Shown: positions 61,455 through 64,000 of the stretch, piece by piece
Layout: the number at the start of each line of letters is the position of its first letter
Numbering within the stretch: position 1 is the first letter of the stretch
Assembly (NCBI RefSeq): GCF_964204645.1
Contig: NC_134031.1
Coordinates: 16,293,807 to 16,357,806, forward strand
Direction of reading: 5' to 3'
Source: Tubulanus polymorphus
Lineage: Eukaryota > Animalia > Nemertea
DNA: 64,000 nt
Translations under genes and position numbers: made by a program
Notes under the pieces: model-generated
Database searches by the model: none
The model's input: only the letters and a program-made list of their open reading frames with translations
Told to the model about the DNA's origin: nothing

Positions 61455-61800
61455 TTTGCGCAATTTATCGATATTAATTCACCAAGAAAAGAGTGCAGCT
61501 TGCAGAACCAGGAAATAACATGGCGTAAATATGACGTCATAGCGGGAATCCCCGAAAGTTTCTTTGTTTACTAGACGGCAGCACTGTACGGTTCATCGAA
61601 AATAGGATAGGTGGCGGCACTGTACGGTTTGCAGCAATTTGTTGTCGCGGTTGGACGATCCCGGAAGCATAAGTTTAGAGGTGTTTGCGTCCGTATTTTT
61701 GCCGCCTTAAAAGCAACGGAGCGGAAAGTTTGCAGCTGTGGGGATATTGTCACCTTTACCTATTTTAAACTGACCACCTCCACGAGACGAAGGAGCCATC
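61455..61800. promoter_or_regulatory. Probable bidirectional promoter STX6/unknown gene
   Basis: Divergent ATGs 346 bp apart; CRE palindrome TGACGTCA (~61532), CCGGAAG ETS-like site, duplicated GGCRGCACTGTACGGTT. Confidence 0.6.
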
Positions 61801-61941
61801 ATGAGCCACGTTGAAACCGGATTCCGGCCCAGAACGTCCGACAAAACTGCAACGTTACCTCGAACTCGAGGTCGAAAGATTCAGATTGCCCTCCAACCGA
61901 CTCGAAAACAACTCGAATCCGATCGAAGGGAAATAGAACGG
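61801..61941 (+). CDS. First coding exon of an unidentified gene continuing beyond the window
   Basis: gccatcATG, 47 open codons (MSHVETGFRPRTSDKTATLPRTRGRKIQIALQPTRKQLESDRREIER), strong donor CGG|GTGAGT. Confidence 0.6.
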
Positions 61942-64000
61942 GTGAGTTTTTCTGTTTCGATTTAGATGAAATTTATTTTCATGTTAATACCATGCTAATT
62001 TCTATTTTATTAATGTTGACAGACAAGTGTCAAATTGCATCTCCATGCATGTTGCAAAAAAGCCCAACAAGGCAAAGGCTTTGACTTGTTCAAGTACAAA
62101 TCTAATAGCCTGATTATTGTGTTAGATAGCCTGAGTAGCTTTACGCTAATAACTCCAATGATATTCAAAACACAAAGATAGTTGAGCCTTAGGCTACCTG
62201 ATCTTAACCTTAATCCTTCTAAGTTCTACACTATTTTTGCGAGGCATATAGGCTAAAGTGTTAAAAAGGCCTAATTGTAACTATAGTTCATAAGACCTGT
62301 CATGGTCATGGTCCAGTTTTTCATCTTCAATAAATAGGTTTCTTTCGTATTTGCCCTGAATGTGACGTGGCTGTTTTATTTACCTGTAATGGAGGTCCCT
62401 GGGTAAACATCAATGATTGCAATTTTTGAAGTAACAATTTTTTTTCATTTCCTTGTTCAGAGGCTATTGTATATTTGAGTATTTGTGCTAACATCTATAC
62501 ATAACGCAAACTTGTTCCCAAATGTAAACAGTCCCGACACTGCGGTTTGTAGTCTTATTCAATATTTGCCCTGTCATCAAGTGTGACAAAGAGTTATTAT
62601 GATATAATGATGGTTCTTAAGTTTGGTAGGACAACCTTCATTCTATTATAGCTACAGTTTTACACAGCATTCTCTGCTTTTAATAATCAATTTTTGAGAT
62701 TAACGCAGTAATGCTCACGTGTGTATTGTTGTAAGTCATATAAGTTCATTTGAGTGCAAGGTTTATTGCTAGCAATATTCCTCATGTATTCAAGCATTCT
62801 CCTTCAATCCCTTCCTATTCTACCCATATTTAAATGTCGTTTGCATAGGAAAAAAATCGACCATATTGGCATATTATACAGGCCTGCGATATGCTTTTTC
62901 ACTCACTTTTGACCTGATGATAAATCATAGGACGTTATCGCTATGCGTTTTGACAGCTTTTGTTATTCGATTCAATAGATTTGGATTGAGAATCAACAGC
63001 GGGAGATCATACATGATTTTCTTCTTTAAAAAAATAGGTCACAGCCTCTCGTTGGCTACCTGAATCCAACTTACACCTAGAAAATTGCCCTAGTTAGTAA
63101 GGCTTGATACTGAGAATGAATCTAGATTGTTTATCGGATATTTTGAATCTGTAGCCTCTCATCAGCTACCTGAACCCAACTTCAGGGCTGTACCTAGCAT
63201 TTGAATTTTGGTGGGGGGCAGAGATATGAAAACGGCAGGTGTATAGGCTAGAATATAACAGTAATATTTCCCCTGCTTCCCCCTGCTCAATATGGTCTTG
63301 AACTTTGAAAATTTGCAATTGAAATCCAAAAACACCTAGAAGATTAATTGCCCTTGTTACTAAGAAGAAATCTAAATAGTCTATTGACATTTTGAATATT
63401 TTTTTGATATTGTGATATATATGCCTATTAATGCATCAACAATGTCACCCATAGGCCTATGGTAATTAGGTGATGCAGGACGACGTCAAATAATGATTTT
63501 CGCCACAGTTTGTTTACTGCCCTGGAAAACCTGAAAAACTCATGGAATCAAAAAAATCAAGGAAAATTCAGGCAATTTGACATATTTTGTTGGCAAATAC
63601 CAGAAAAACACTCGAAAAAATGAATAAACTATAATATTTAAAGCAGGGAATTTTCTGCATTCACTTGCAAATTCATTCTGGGAATTTTATCATGATATAA
63701 CATGGAAAACCGGGAATTTGCAAATGAGGATAGGTGGCTGATGAATGTAGTAAACCCTCTTTATGATCCATTCAGGGATTCGTGTCTTCTCTCTGCCGTT
63801 GTTGGTTTTATGTTTCCCCGTACTGTTTACAGCGCGACTATGATACGTACATTATTGCCTACTACACGGCCATCATCTGCCAATTATTACCCAATTGATT
63901 AACAGCTAATGTTTCTAAAATTGCGGCTGTTATCTCAGTTGAATAGCCAAACAGCGCGCAGAGGTTAATCGACTACTGTAGCGTTTATTACAGTTTATAA

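Overview
AT-rich, gene-dense genomic DNA from an invertebrate animal. The short GT-AG introns and many MITEs suggest a lophotrochozoan-like genome (inference). Hand-assembled spliced genes in order: FOXRED1 (-, 5' part), SMG7 (+), NELFE (+), AK1-like adenylate kinase (+), TMCO1 (+), ATP13A1 (-), NIP7 (-), ELP5 (+), STX6 (-, with a U12 AT-AC intron) and the first coding exon of an unidentified gene (+). One ATP13A1 intron (~9.4 kb) holds an intact, very young BEL/Pao LTR retrotransposon (identical 194-bp LTRs, CTGTG target-site duplication, tRNA-His primer site) nested in an older repeat, plus a probable solo LTR and a 32-bp minisatellite. The most interesting leads are in RNA processing. (1) A candidate 1-nt microexon would put two phase-0 AK1 first exons in frame. 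(2) Three candidate 4-nt microexons in STX6 are in frame only when all are included. (3) SMG7 carries several possible NMD self-regulation features: an overlapping uORF, a PTC-bearing exon duplicate and a long 3'UTR. Also noted: proto-MHC-paralogon gene content, a templated insertion with a 46-bp duplication, a composite MITE and a recurrent CTCF-like promoter motif. All gene identities come from recognising translated exons by eye; no database search was run.
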